Source: Chloroflexota bacterium
GTDB lineage: Bacteria > Chloroflexota > UBA6077 > FW602-bin22 > DAOUAE01
Direction: 5' to 3'
Assembly: GCA_034433795.1 (NCBI GenBank)
Contig: DAOUAE010000013.1
Coordinates: 1 to 64,000 of the forward strand
Length of the DNA: 64,000 nt
Positions 38,684 through 49,974 of this stretch are shown one piece after another. Both the position numbers and the translations under genes were made by a program. How positions within the stretch are numbered: the first letter of the stretch is position 1; each line of letters begins with the position of its first letter. The notes under the pieces were generated by a model. It was given only the letters and a program-made list of their open reading frames with translations, was not told the DNA's origin and did not search any database.

Positions 38684-39694
38684 TCAGTAATCGGTGGTGC
38701 GGACCAGGTGGTATGGGTGGTCGGCGCCGGACGACCGCTGTCCCTCGTTCCAGAGCCACCAGTCGATCTCAAACGCCCGCAGCTGGCGGCCGTGGTTGGC
38801 CAGCTCGCGGCGGAGCCATTCGACGGCCCAGATCGTGCTGGCCCGGATCTCGACCTCCTCCCGCGAGCGGGGAGGGAAGACGAACCGGTGGTCGACCTTC
38901 TGGGCCAGGTCCGGGCGGTAGACGAGGATGTCGAACCGGCGGAGCACCTGGGGCAGTTTGTAGTCGGCGAAGGCGGTGAGCTGGTCCAGATCGTGGAACT
39001 CGCCCCAGGCCTGGCCCTGGAAGGCGCCGTAGAGGTCGGCCACCAGGATCTGGGCTCGTTTGAAGAACCGGACCTCTCTCCCCTGCCAGTCGGCCACGTC
39101 GTAGAACGAGGGGAAATCGTGGACCACCTGCAGGACCAGGCGGACCGCGCTCCGGCCGGCCGCCTCGACGGCCCGGGCGAACTGGCCGCCGTAGCGCTCG
39201 CGGAGCACCTGGCCCACCTCGCGGACGATCTCCCACCGGCGGGGAAGAAGGGGAATCTCGTTTTCGCCGCGCAGGATGTGGGCCAGCGTCGGCAGCGACA
39301 TCTCGGCCAGGTAACCGGCATCCCACAGGGGGTGGCCCTCCTCCACCGCCCGGCGCAGGGCCAACACCAGGGCCCAGTAGCCGTCGTGGGTCTCCCCCTG
39401 GTAGGTGACGCGCCAGGGAGGATCGCCCCAGAACGAGAAGTTCAGCGCGTCGAGCAGGAGAAGCCAGTTGACGGTCTTCTCGGTCCCGTCAAAAAAGTGG
39501 CGGTCGCGGGGCCAGGCGGGGGGCAGGGAGCGGGCTCGCGCCAGGGCCGGCGCCAGCCCCTCGATAGCGCCACGGCTGATCGAGACGTAGATGCTCTCGG
39601 CGACCACCAGGCGGGTGGTGGTGAGCACTCCCAGGGGGTCGGGCTGCAGGAGATCGAGGGTCAACGGCTCTGCGCCGGCGAGCATCTCCGGCAT
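38684..39694 (-). CDS. DUF2419 family protein (Qng1-like queuosine/queuine salvage hydrolase)
   Basis: About 336 aa ending ...HPYHLVRTTDY, with conserved FSFWGDPPW and FFKRAQILVADL blocks typical of DUF2419. ATG 39692-39694 after GAGGAGG. Confidence 0.65.
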   Translation of the reverse strand: MPEMLAGAEPLTLDLLQPDPLGVLTTTRLVVAESIYVSISRGAIEGLAPALARARSLPPAWPRDRHFFDGTEKTVNWLLLLDALNFSFWGDPPWRVTYQGETHDGYWALVLALRRAVEEGHPLWDAGYLAEMSLPTLAHILRGENEIPLLPRRWEIVREVGQVLRERYGGQFARAVEAAGRSAVRLVLQVVHDFPSFYDVADWQGREVRFFKRAQILVADLYGAFQGQAWGEFHDLDQLTAFADYKLPQVLRRFDILVYRPDLAQKVDHRFVFPPRSREEVEIRASTIWAVEWLRRELANHGRQLRAFEIDWWLWNEGQRSSGADHPYHLVRTTDY

Positions 39695-39776
39695 CGCGTG
39701 CCTCCTCATCTGACGTCTGCGGGGACAGCGGACCGTGACTCCCGGGCGGAATTATAGCACGTGGTCGCGCACTGGC

Positions 39777-40613
39777 TCACGGCGCGGTGAGGCGGGTCAG
39801 CAGGCTCTCGAGCTGTTCATCGGAGTAGAAGTAGACCACCAGGCGTCCGCCGCGTCCACGGCGGACGATCTGAACCCGCGTCCCCAGGGCCTGTTGGAGC
39901 CGCTCCTCGAGGGCGGCGATCTCCGGCTCCGGGGGAGGCGCGGTCTCGTGGCGCTGGGCGCGCCGGACGTACTCTTCGGTCTCCCGGACCGTCCAGCGTT
40001 CGGCCTGAAGACGGGTCAGGGCCTCACGCTGGGCGGCCTCGGAGGGCAATCCCAGGAGGGCGCGGGCGTGGCCCTCGGTGATCCGGCCTTCGGCCAGGGC
40101 GGTCTTGAGGACCTCGGGCAGGTTCAGGAGGCGCAGGGTGTTGGCGATGGCGGCCCGGCTTTTTCCCACGCGGGCGGCCACCTCCTCCTGGGTCAGGCCG
40201 AACTCCTCGATCAGCTGGCGGTAGGCGGCCGCCTCCTCCAGGGGGTTGAGGTCGGCCCGCTGGATGTTCTCGACCAGGGCCAGGGCCAGCGTCTCCTCCG
40301 GGGTGGCCTCCTTGATCAGCGCCGGGATCCTGGTCAGCCCGGCCATCCTGGCCGCCTGCCAGCGGCGTTCGCCGGCGATGAGCTGGTAGCGGGGTGCTCC
40401 CTGGTCGGAGGGCAGGCGGGTGACGATGACGGGCTGGAGAAGGCCGTGGCGGCGGATGGAGTCGGCCAGCTCGGCCAGGGCCTCGGGCGCTATCCGCTGC
40501 CGTGGCTGGCGGGGGTTGGGGACGATCGCCTCGACCGGGATCTCCTGAAAGCCGGGAGTGTTCTGGGGAATGAGCGCGCTCAACCCACGACCGAGACCGC
40601 GCTGGCCGCGCAT
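39777..40613 (-). CDS. ParB/Spo0J-family partition protein (no adjacent parA)
   Basis: RGLGRGLSALIP N-terminus, ParB box IVPNPRQPRQ, ParB/Srx fold GLLQPVIVTR...YQLIAGERRWQAARMAGL, HTH QEEVAARVGKSRAAIANTLRLL, C-terminal dimerisation region. ATG 40611-40613 after GGAGGGAGG. Confidence 0.8.
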   Translation of the reverse strand: MRGQRGLGRGLSALIPQNTPGFQEIPVEAIVPNPRQPRQRIAPEALAELADSIRRHGLLQPVIVTRLPSDQGAPRYQLIAGERRWQAARMAGLTRIPALIKEATPEETLALALVENIQRADLNPLEEAAAYRQLIEEFGLTQEEVAARVGKSRAAIANTLRLLNLPEVLKTALAEGRITEGHARALLGLPSEAAQREALTRLQAERWTVRETEEYVRRAQRHETAPPPEPEIAALEERLQQALGTRVQIVRRGRGGRLVVYFYSDEQLESLLTRLTAP

Positions 40614-40775
40614 GGGCCCTCCCTCCATCTCTCCGACCTCTGGTCCGGAGGCTGCCGGGGGCTGTTTCACGTGAAACCGGACCCCTTTGCGTCCCCCAGC
40701 ACCGGCTTGCTAACATAGAGACACTGTAGAGGCTTGTCAATTGGGGAACTCTCAGTGTTAGAGAGGAGGCCGACC

Positions 40776-42227
40776 ATGGCAGAGGCCGCCAAGCGCTACG
40801 TGACCGCCCTGCCGGACCGCGACACCGATTTCTCGGGCTGGTACACCGAGGTGATCCAGCGGGCCGAACTGGCTGACTACGCGCCGGTGCGCGGCTGTAT
40901 GGTGATCCGGCCGATGGGCTACGCCCTCTGGGAGAACATTCAGGCCCACCTGGACCGCCGGCTGAAGGCGACCGGGCATGTCAACGCCTACTTCCCCCTG
41001 CTCATCCCGGAGAGTTTCCTGGCCAAGGAGGCCGAGCACGTCGAGGGCTTCGCCCCGCAGGTCGCCTGGGTCACCCAGGGGGGTGACGAGCCCCTGAGCG
41101 AGCGACTGGCCATTCGTCCGACCTCGGAGACCATTATCTGTGCGATGTACGCCAAATGGATCCAGTCCTACCGCGACCTGCCGGTCCTCATCAACCAGTG
41201 GGCCAATGTGCTCCGCTGGGAGAAGCGCACCACCCTCTTCCTGCGGACCACCGAGTTCCTCTGGCAGGAGGGACACACCGCCCACGCGACCGAGGCCGAG
41301 GCCGAAGAGGAGACGCTGCGCATCCTCGATATCTATCGCGACCTGGTCGAGACCGACCTGGCTATTCCGGTCGTGCCCGGACGCAAAACCGAGTCGGAGA
41401 AGTTCGCCGGCGCGCTCCGGACCTATTCCATCGAGGCCCTGATGGGCGATGGCCGGGCCCTGCAGGCCGGGACCTCTCACAATCTGGGCCAGCACTTCGC
41501 CAGGGTCTTCGACATCACCTTCCTGGACCGCGACGGACAGCGCAAGTACGTCTGGCAGACCAGCTGGGGCGTCTCCACCCGGCTCATCGGGGCGCTGATT
41601 ATGGTTCACGGCGACCGTGACGGTCTGATTCTGCCGCCCCGGGTGGCCCCTATCCAGGCGGTGATCGTCCCCATCTGGCGGACCGAAGAACAGCGAACCC
41701 AGGTGCTGGCCGTGGCTCAGGCGGCCGAGCAGGCGCTCCGCGACCGGGTCCGGGTCAAGGCCGACCTGCGCGACGAGTACACGCCGGGCTGGAAGTTCGC
41801 CGAGTGGGAGCTGCGCGGCGTGCCGGTCCGAATCGAGATCGGCCCCCGCGATGTCGAGCAGCGGCAGGCGGTTCTGGTGCGGCGCGACACCCGCGAGCGG
41901 CGGGCCGTGCCGCTGGACGATCTGCCGCAGCGGGTGCTCGCCCTGCTGGAGGAACTGCAGACCGCCCTCTTCCAGCGGGCGCTGGAGTTCCGGCGGGCTA
42001 ACACCCATTACGTGGAGACGCTGGCCCAGTTCGAGGAGATCCTGGCCGAGCGTCGGGGCTTCCTCTACGCCCACTGGTGCGGCTCGGCCACCTGCGAGGC
42101 GCAGATCAAAGACCGAACCGGCGCCACCATCCGGGTCATCCCCTTCGACCGTCCGATGGACGCCGGCCGCTGCCTCTGGTGCCAGGCGCCGGTCGAGGGA
42201 CGGGTTCTCTTCGCTCGGGCCTACTGA
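40776..42227 (+). CDS. proS: prolyl-tRNA synthetase (eukaryote/archaeal-type class II)
   Basis: ATG after GAGAGGAGG. Class-II motifs and C-terminal zinc-binding domain (HWCGSATCEAQIK...CLWCQAP) characteristic of the short ProRS form without editing insertion. Confidence 0.9.
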   Translation: MAEAAKRYVTALPDRDTDFSGWYTEVIQRAELADYAPVRGCMVIRPMGYALWENIQAHLDRRLKATGHVNAYFPLLIPESFLAKEAEHVEGFAPQVAWVTQGGDEPLSERLAIRPTSETIICAMYAKWIQSYRDLPVLINQWANVLRWEKRTTLFLRTTEFLWQEGHTAHATEAEAEEETLRILDIYRDLVETDLAIPVVPGRKTESEKFAGALRTYSIEALMGDGRALQAGTSHNLGQHFARVFDITFLDRDGQRKYVWQTSWGVSTRLIGALIMVHGDRDGLILPPRVAPIQAVIVPIWRTEEQRTQVLAVAQAAEQALRDRVRVKADLRDEYTPGWKFAEWELRGVPVRIEIGPRDVEQRQAVLVRRDTRERRAVPLDDLPQRVLALLEELQTALFQRALEFRRANTHYVETLAQFEEILAERRGFLYAHWCGSATCEAQIKDRTGATIRVIPFDRPMDAGRCLWCQAPVEGRVLFARAY

Positions 42228-42264
42228 GAGCGCGCCGGCGGTGGAGGTGAGGCTATGCTGCGGC

Positions 42265-42294
42265 GGGGGCGCCAGTCCGGCGCCCCCGCCGGTT
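42265..42294. terminator. intrinsic terminator between convergent proS and cimA
   Basis: GGGGGCGCC-agtcc-GGCGCCCCC followed by GCCGGTTT. Confidence 0.4.
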
Positions 42295-42309
42295 TCACGT
42301 GACACACCC

Positions 42310-43902
42310 TCAGGGCTGGACGCCGGCGCGGTGGCCGTTGCGGCTGTGGACCAGGAAGTACTCCAGACTGTCGGCCAGGGCTAGCCAGCTGGCCTCGATG
42401 ATGTTGGTCGAGCTGCCCACGGTCGTCCAGGTGCGCTCGCCATCGGTGGATTCGATCAGCACCCGCACCCGGGCGGCGGTGCCGGTCTCGCCGTCCAGCA
42501 CCCGGACTTTGTAGTCGGTCAGCTGGACCCGCCCGACCTCCGGGTAGAACCCCCGCAGCGCCTTACGCAGGGCCGAGTCGAGGGCGTGGACCGGGCCGTT
42601 GCCCTCGGCCGCCGTGTGCATCACCTGGTCACCCACCCGGACCTTGACCGTGGCCTCGGCCATCAGCACGCCGTCGCTCGCCCGCTGCACCACCACCAGA
42701 AAGTGCAGGAGCTCAAAGGGAGCACGGTACGCCGGCTGAGAGCGGCGCAGGAGCAGTTCGAACGAGGCCTCGGCCGCGTCGAACTGGAAGCCCTGGTGCT
42801 CCAGCCGCTTGATCTCCTCGGTCAGCCGGCGGGCCTCGGCCTCGTTGTCGCTGAGGTCGATGCCCAGCTGGCGCGCTTTGGCCAGGATATTGCTCCGGCC
42901 GCTCAGCTCCGAGACCAGAATGCGCTGCCGGTTGCCCACCAGGGCCGGTGGGATATGTTCGAAACTGGCTGCGGTCTTGAGAACGGCGTTGACGTGCAGA
43001 CCGGCCTTGTGGGCGAAGGCGCTGGCGCCCACATAGGGCAGATGACTGGGGTGGGCGACGTTGGCCACCTCGGCCACGAACCGGGAGACCTCGGTGAGTT
43101 TGGCCAGTTGTTCGTCGCTGATGCAGTCGATCTTTAACTTGAGTTTGAGATTGGGGATCACCGAGCAGAGGTTGGCGTTGCCCACCCGTTCGCCGTAGCC
43201 GTTGATCGTGCCCTGGACGTGCGTCGCCCCGGCCTCGACGGCCACGAGGGTGTTGGCCACCGCCAGTTCGGCATCGTTATGGGTATGGATGCCGATGGGC
43301 GTCCGGAACTCCTGGACGACCCGGGCGACGATCGCCCGCACGTCGCTGGGGAGCGACCCCCCATTGGTATCACAGAGCACCAGCCAGTCGGCTCCTCCCT
43401 CGGCGGCCGCCCGCAGGGTGGCCAGCGCGTACTCCGGGTCCGCGCGGAAGCCGTCGAAGAAGTGCTCGGCGTCGTAGACGACCTCCAGGCCGTGGCGCTT
43501 GAGGTAGGCCACCGAATCGCGGATCATGCGCAGGTTCTCCTCGCGCGTCGTCCGCAGCACTTCGGTGACGTGGAGGACCCAGCTCTTGCCGACGACGGCC
43601 ACAACCGGCGTCCCGGCCAGGACCACTTCGTTCAGAATCGGATCGTTTTCCGCGGCGACGCCGGCCCGGCGGGTGCTGCCGAAGGCGGCCAGTTTGGCGT
43701 GCCGCAGGCGGAGTTCGCTGCGGGCTCGCCGGAAGAACTCGCTGTCCTTCGGGTTGGCCCCTGGCCAGCCGCCTTCGATATAGTGAATACCCAGTTCGTC
43801 CAGCTTCCGGGCGATTTTGAACTTGTCCTCCAGCGAGAGGGAGATTCCTTCGTGCTGGGCGCCGTCCCGAAGCGTCGTATCGTAGATCACGACCCGCGGC
43901 AT
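42310..43902 (-). CDS. cimA: (R)-citramalate synthase (LeuA-family, CimA-type)
   Basis: MPRVVIYDTTLRDGAQHEGISLSLEDKFKIARKLDELGIHYIEGGWP N-terminus plus C-terminal LeuA-dimerisation domain. It lies in the ilv-leu operon next to a separate canonical leuA. Second ATG chosen (RBS GGGAGGGAT). Confidence 0.75.
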   Translation of the reverse strand: MPRVVIYDTTLRDGAQHEGISLSLEDKFKIARKLDELGIHYIEGGWPGANPKDSEFFRRARSELRLRHAKLAAFGSTRRAGVAAENDPILNEVVLAGTPVVAVVGKSWVLHVTEVLRTTREENLRMIRDSVAYLKRHGLEVVYDAEHFFDGFRADPEYALATLRAAAEGGADWLVLCDTNGGSLPSDVRAIVARVVQEFRTPIGIHTHNDAELAVANTLVAVEAGATHVQGTINGYGERVGNANLCSVIPNLKLKLKIDCISDEQLAKLTEVSRFVAEVANVAHPSHLPYVGASAFAHKAGLHVNAVLKTAASFEHIPPALVGNRQRILVSELSGRSNILAKARQLGIDLSDNEAEARRLTEEIKRLEHQGFQFDAAEASFELLLRRSQPAYRAPFELLHFLVVVQRASDGVLMAEATVKVRVGDQVMHTAAEGNGPVHALDSALRKALRGFYPEVGRVQLTDYKVRVLDGETGTAARVRVLIESTDGERTWTTVGSSTNIIEASWLALADSLEYFLVHSRNGHRAGVQP

Positions 43903-43925
43903 CATATCCCTCCCTGGAGCCGGTC

Positions 43926-45008
43926 TCAGGCGCGGGCGACCTCGGCGGCGATGAGGTCCCCCATCTGGCGTGTCCCCACCTGGGTCGCTCCGGCCTCCAT
44001 TATATCGTAGGTCCGATAGCCGGCCGCGAGCACCCGCTCGACCGCCCCCTCAATGGCGGCCGCCTCCGGCTCCAGCCCCAGGCTGTAGCGCAGGAGCAGG
44101 GCGGCGCTCAGGATGGCGGCGATCGGGTTGGCCCGGTCCTGGCCGGCGTGACGCGGCGCCGAGCCGTGGATCGGCTCGTAGAGGCCCAGCCGGCCCTCGG
44201 CCAGGCTGGCCGAGGGCAGCAGTCCCATCGATCCGGCCAGCACAGCCGCCTCGTCGGTCAGGATATCACCAAAGGTGTTCTCGGTGACGATGACATCGAA
44301 CGCCCGGGGCTGGCGGACCAGCCGCATCGCGGCGGCGTCGACGAACATGTGCTCCATTTCGATATCGGGGTAGTCGCGGGCCACCTCCTGAGCCACCTCG
44401 CGCCAGAGGCGCGAGGTCGCGAGGACGTTGGCCTTGTCCACCGAGGTCACCTTGCGCCGACGCCGGCGGGCCAGTTCGCAGGCCACCCGTACCACCCGCG
44501 CGATCTCGTGCTCGGTGTAGAACATCGTGTCCACGGCCTCGCGCCCGTTCGGCGTCACCCGCCGTTCGCTGGGGCGGCCGAAGTAGAGCCCGCCGGTGAG
44601 TTCGCGGACGACGATGAGATCGACCCCGGCGACGACCTCGGGCTTGAGGGTCGAGGCGCTGACCAGCGCCGGAAAGAGTCTCACCGGGCGCAGGTTGGCG
44701 TAGAGGCCCAGCCCTTTGCGCAGGGCCAGCAGCCCCTGCTCCGGCCGCACCGGCGCCGTCGGGTCCTCGTCGTAGCGCGGATGGCCCACCGCCCCCAGCA
44801 GGATGGCCTGGCTCGCCCGGCAGAGCGCCAGCGTCTCCGCCGGCAGGGGCTCGCCGGTCGCTTCGATGGCCGCGGCGCCGATCAGCCCCTCACGGAACTC
44901 GAAGCGGTGGCCGAAGCGCTCGCCCACCGCCTGCAGCACTTTCACCGCCTCAGCGGTCACATCAACACCGATGCCGTCGCCGGGTAAGACGGCGATCTGG
45001 TACGCCAT
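43926..45008 (-). CDS. leuB: 3-isopropylmalate dehydrogenase
   Basis: [17 protein letters not shown]...NLFGDILSD-like core. 360 aa. Confidence 0.9.
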   Translation of the reverse strand: MAYQIAVLPGDGIGVDVTAEAVKVLQAVGERFGHRFEFREGLIGAAAIEATGEPLPAETLALCRASQAILLGAVGHPRYDEDPTAPVRPEQGLLALRKGLGLYANLRPVRLFPALVSASTLKPEVVAGVDLIVVRELTGGLYFGRPSERRVTPNGREAVDTMFYTEHEIARVVRVACELARRRRRKVTSVDKANVLATSRLWREVAQEVARDYPDIEMEHMFVDAAAMRLVRQPRAFDVIVTENTFGDILTDEAAVLAGSMGLLPSASLAEGRLGLYEPIHGSAPRHAGQDRANPIAAILSAALLLRYSLGLEPEAAAIEGAVERVLAAGYRTYDIMEAGATQVGTRQMGDLIAAEVARA

Positions 45009-45050
45009 TCCCCCTCCTCAGGGCTGCGATCCTGGTTTACCGGTGCGTTC

Positions 45051-46589
45051 TCAGAGGACGGCCTGGCTCTGACGGGTCATCTCCCGGCTGGCCAGGGCGC
45101 GGTTCAGAGCGTTCACATAGGCCCGGGCGCTGGCCACGATGATGTCGGTGTTGGCCCCGTGGCCGGAGAAGATGCGGTCGTCGCACTGGACCCGCACCGT
45201 CACCTCGCCGATAGCGTCGATGCCCGCCGTCACCGAGTGGACCGAGTACTCGATAAGCTTGCTGGGCAGCTGGACGATCCGGTCGATGGCCTTGTAGGTG
45301 GCGTCGACCGGGCCGGTCCCGGTGGCCGTCTCGACCCGAACCTGACCATCGGGGGTGACCATTTTAACCGTGGCCGTCGGGATGCTGTGGTCGCCGCAGC
45401 AGACCTGGACGTGCTCCAGCCGGTAGTACTCCTGGGGACCGCGCACCTCGTCCGCCACCAGCGCCTCCAGGTCGCGGTCGGTGATCTCCTTCTTCTTATC
45501 GGCCAGCTCTTTGAAGCGCATAAAGGCGCGGTTGAGGTCCTCCGGGCTCAGGTGGTAGCCCAGTTCCTCGAGCCGGGTCTTGAAGGCGTGGCGGCCGCTG
45601 TGCTTGCCCAGGACCAGCGTGCTCTTGACCAGGCCGATGCTGCGCGCGTCCATAATCTCGTAGGTCGTCCGCTCCTTGAGCACCCCGTCCTGGTGGATGC
45701 CGCTCTCGTGAGCGAAGGCGTTGGCCCCGACAATCGCCTTGTTGGGCTGGACCACCAGGCCGGTCCGGTTCGAAACCAGGCGGCTGGTCCGATAGATCTG
45801 CGTGGTGTCGATGTTCGTGGTAACCCTGTAGATATCCTGGCGCGTCTTGAGCGCCATCACGATCTCCTCGAGGGCGGCGTTCCCCGCCCGCTCGCCGATG
45901 CCGTTGATCGTACACTCGACCTGACGCGCCCCGGCCAGGATCGCCGCCAGGCTGTTGGCGGTGGCCAGTCCCAGATCGTTGTGGCAGTGGACGGAGAGGA
46001 CGACTTTTTCGATGCCGCGAACGCGCTGCCGGATCTGGCGGATGAGTTCGGCGAACTCGTCGGGAGTGGCGTAGCCGACGGTATCGGGGATGTTGACCGT
46101 GGTGGCCCCGGCGGCGATGGCCACCTCCAGCATCCGGAAGAGGTACTCGGGATCGGCGCGGGTGGCGTCCATCGGGGAGAACTCGACGTCGCTCACGTAG
46201 CTCTTGGCCCGGCGGACCATCGCGTCGGTGATCTCGAGCACCTCTTCACGGGTCTTGCGCAGCTGGTGCTTGAGGTGGATGTCTGAGGCCGAGATAAAGG
46301 TGTGGATGCGGGGCGACTCGGCCTCGCGCAGGGCCTCCCAGGCCCGGTCGATGTCCGCCGGCACCGCCCGGGCCAGCGCACAGATCTTGGTCGTCCGGAC
46401 CTCGCGGGCGATCCGGCGCACCGCCTCGAAGTCGCCGGGCGAGGCGACCGGGAAGCCCGCCTCGATCACGTCCACCCCCAGCCGGGCCAGTTGATGGGCG
46501 ATCTCGACCTTCTCCTCCACGTGCAGGCTCGCCCCTGGCGACTGCTCACCGTCACGCAGCGTCGTGTCGAAAATAAGAACCCGATCCAT
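45051..46589 (-). CDS. leuA: 2-isopropylmalate synthase
   Basis: [64 protein letters not shown]-terminal regulatory domain. 512 aa. Confidence 0.9.
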   Translation of the reverse strand: MDRVLIFDTTLRDGEQSPGASLHVEEKVEIAHQLARLGVDVIEAGFPVASPGDFEAVRRIAREVRTTKICALARAVPADIDRAWEALREAESPRIHTFISASDIHLKHQLRKTREEVLEITDAMVRRAKSYVSDVEFSPMDATRADPEYLFRMLEVAIAAGATTVNIPDTVGYATPDEFAELIRQIRQRVRGIEKVVLSVHCHNDLGLATANSLAAILAGARQVECTINGIGERAGNAALEEIVMALKTRQDIYRVTTNIDTTQIYRTSRLVSNRTGLVVQPNKAIVGANAFAHESGIHQDGVLKERTTYEIMDARSIGLVKSTLVLGKHSGRHAFKTRLEELGYHLSPEDLNRAFMRFKELADKKKEITDRDLEALVADEVRGPQEYYRLEHVQVCCGDHSIPTATVKMVTPDGQVRVETATGTGPVDATYKAIDRIVQLPSKLIEYSVHSVTAGIDAIGEVTVRVQCDDRIFSGHGANTDIIVASARAYVNALNRALASREMTRQSQAVL

Positions 46590-46629
46590 CTGCCTGCTTC
46601 CCTCCCGTCTGCCGCTGGCCGGCCTCCCG

Positions 46630-47628
<999 letters not shown>

Positions 47629-47660
47629 CGTCACTCCTCTCCACTCCGATCTGGCGCCGG

Positions 47661-48194
47661 CTACTCCCCGGCGGCCCGCAGGCGGGGCCGGGTCTCCTCG
47701 CCGAAGGTCGTCACCCCGCTCTGGCCGCGGACCATGGCCACCGGCCCGGTGCGGACCATCTCTTTGATGCCAAAGCCCCGCAGCAAATTCACCAGGGCGT
47801 CGATCTTGTCCTCCGTCCCGGTGACCTCGACGATGAGCGAGTCGGCGGCCACGTCCACAATGTGCCCGCGGAACATCGAGACGATCTGGACGATCTCGCT
47901 CCGGGTCTGGCGGGTGGCGGTGACCTTGATCAGCGCCAGCTCCCGCAGCACCGTCGGATCGTGGGTGACGTCGCTGACCTTCAGCACGTTGATGATCTTG
48001 TAGAGTTGCTTGACCACCTGCTCGATGTCGGTGGCCGTGCTGTCCACCACCAGCGTCAGGCGCGAGATGTCCGGTTGCTCGGTGTGGCCGACGGTCAGAG
48101 TGTCGATGTTGAAGGCCCGCCGGCTGAACAGATTGACCACCCGTTGCAGAACACCGGGGCGGTCCTCCAAGAGCGCGACCAAGACGTGCTTCAT
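47661..48194 (-). CDS. ilvN: acetolactate synthase small (regulatory) subunit
   Basis: ACT-domain protein [36 protein letters not shown]. 177 aa. Confidence 0.85.
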   Translation of the reverse strand: MKHVLVALLEDRPGVLQRVVNLFSRRAFNIDTLTVGHTEQPDISRLTLVVDSTATDIEQVVKQLYKIINVLKVSDVTHDPTVLRELALIKVTATRQTRSEIVQIVSMFRGHIVDVAADSLIVEVTGTEDKIDALVNLLRGFGIKEMVRTGPVAMVRGQSGVTTFGEETRPRLRAAGE

Positions 48195-48218
48195 CGCCGC
48201 ATCCTTTCTCGGGTCAGG

Positions 48219-49958
48219 TCAGTCGCGCAGGGCCGGGTCGAGCAGCATCTCCTGGATCGTGCCACCCGAGGGGATCATCGGGTAGACGTTCTCCTCGGAC
48301 TCGACGATGCAGTCCACCAGCACCGGCCCGCTGTATTCCTGGGCCTCGCGCAGGACCGTGTCGCACTCCTCCTTGGTGCGGAGGCGCAGGCCACGAATGC
48401 CGAAGGCCTCGGCGATCTTGACGTAGTCCGGCGAGCCCAGGTAGGCCGCCGAGTAGCGACGGTTGTAGAAGAGCTCCTGCCACTGGCGGATCATGCCGAG
48501 GTAGGCGTTATTGATAATGGCGATCTTGACCGGGATCTGCTCCTGGGCGATGGTTCCCAGTTCCTGCATGGTCATCAGGAAGCCGCCGTCGCCGACGATG
48601 GCCCAGACCGTCTCGTCGGGCCTGGCGACCTTGGCCCCGATGGCCGCCGGAACGCCGTAGCCCATCGCCCCCAGACCGCCGGAGCTGATGAAACTGTTGG
48701 GCTTGTCGTACCACCAGTGCTGGGCCGCCCACATCTGGTGCTGACCGACGTCGGTCACCACGATGGCATCGCCCCCGGTGATCTCGTAGAGCTTCCGGAT
48801 AACGTACTGCGGCAGCAGTTTGTCGGTCTCGCGGATGACGGTGAGCGGCATCTTGCGCCGCCACTCCCAGATCTGCGCCAGCCAGTCGCGGTGGTTGCCC
48901 GGCTGGACGGCCTTGATCAGTTCGCGCAGCACCAGTTTGGCGTCGCCGACGATGGGCACGGTGGCCTTGACGTTCTTGCCGATCTCCGCCGGGTCGATGT
49001 CGATGTGAATGACCTTGGCCTTGGGGGCGAAGGCCTCGACCTTGCCGGTGATCCGGTCGTCGAAGCGCATGCCGATGGCGATGATGAGGTCCGATTCGTG
49101 GATGGCCAGATTGGAGTAGGCGGCACCGTGCATCCCCGGCATCGCCAGGCTGAGCTCGTGCGACTCCGGAAAGGCCCCCAGCCCGAGCAGGGTACAGATG
49201 ACGGGGATGTCCGTCTTCTCGGCGAACTCGCGCAGCTCAGCCTCAGCCCCCGAGATCAGCACCCCATGGCCCGCCAGGATGACCGGCCGCTGGGCCTGGG
49301 CGATGAGTTCGGCCGCCGCGCGGATCTGGCGGGCGTTGCCGTGCAGTGTCGGTTTGTAGCCGGGCAGATTCACCGTCTCGGGGTACTCGAACCACGTCTC
49401 TTTGAGAAAGATATCTTTCGGGATGTCGACGAGTACCGGGCCGGGCCGGCCCGTCCGGGCGATGTGGAAGGCCTCCTTAAGGACGCGGGCCAGGTCCTCG
49501 ACCCGCGTCACCAGGTAGTTGTGCTTGGTGATGGGCATGGTGATGCCCGTGATGTCGGTCTCCTGGAAGGCATCCCGGCCGATAGCGGTCGTGGGCACGT
49601 TCCCGGTGATGGCCACGATCGGCACCGAGTCCATCATGGCGCAGGCGATACCGGTCACCAGGTTGGTCGCCCCCGGGCCGGAGGTGGCCAGGCAGACCCC
49701 GACCTGCCGGGAGGCCCGGGCGTAGCCGTCGGCGGCGTGGGCCGCCGCCTGCTCGTGGCGCACCAGGATGTGCCGGATGGGGTACTCCGGCAGGACGTGA
49801 TAGAGCGGCAGAACCACCCCGCCGGGGTGTCCGAAGATCACCTGGACCCCTTCGCGGATCAGGCACTCGCAGACAATGCGGGCTCCGCTCAGTTTCCGTG
49901 GCTCGTCCTTGCGCGGCTCCTCCGAGGCCGCCGACCGCGTCGCCGGATGGATCGCCAT
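48219..49958 (-). CDS. ilvB: acetolactate synthase large subunit
   Basis: ThDP-binding motif GDGGFLMTMQELGT, FAD region. Start ATG 49956-49958 (RBS GGGAGGTGG) rather than the track ATG 13 codons upstream. Confidence 0.9.
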   Translation of the reverse strand: MAIHPATRSAASEEPRKDEPRKLSGARIVCECLIREGVQVIFGHPGGVVLPLYHVLPEYPIRHILVRHEQAAAHAADGYARASRQVGVCLATSGPGATNLVTGIACAMMDSVPIVAITGNVPTTAIGRDAFQETDITGITMPITKHNYLVTRVEDLARVLKEAFHIARTGRPGPVLVDIPKDIFLKETWFEYPETVNLPGYKPTLHGNARQIRAAAELIAQAQRPVILAGHGVLISGAEAELREFAEKTDIPVICTLLGLGAFPESHELSLAMPGMHGAAYSNLAIHESDLIIAIGMRFDDRITGKVEAFAPKAKVIHIDIDPAEIGKNVKATVPIVGDAKLVLRELIKAVQPGNHRDWLAQIWEWRRKMPLTVIRETDKLLPQYVIRKLYEITGGDAIVVTDVGQHQMWAAQHWWYDKPNSFISSGGLGAMGYGVPAAIGAKVARPDETVWAIVGDGGFLMTMQELGTIAQEQIPVKIAIINNAYLGMIRQWQELFYNRRYSAAYLGSPDYVKIAEAFGIRGLRLRTKEECDTVLREAQEYSGPVLVDCIVESEENVYPMIPSGGTIQEMLLDPALRD

Positions 49959-49974
49959 CTGTCCACCTCCCACA

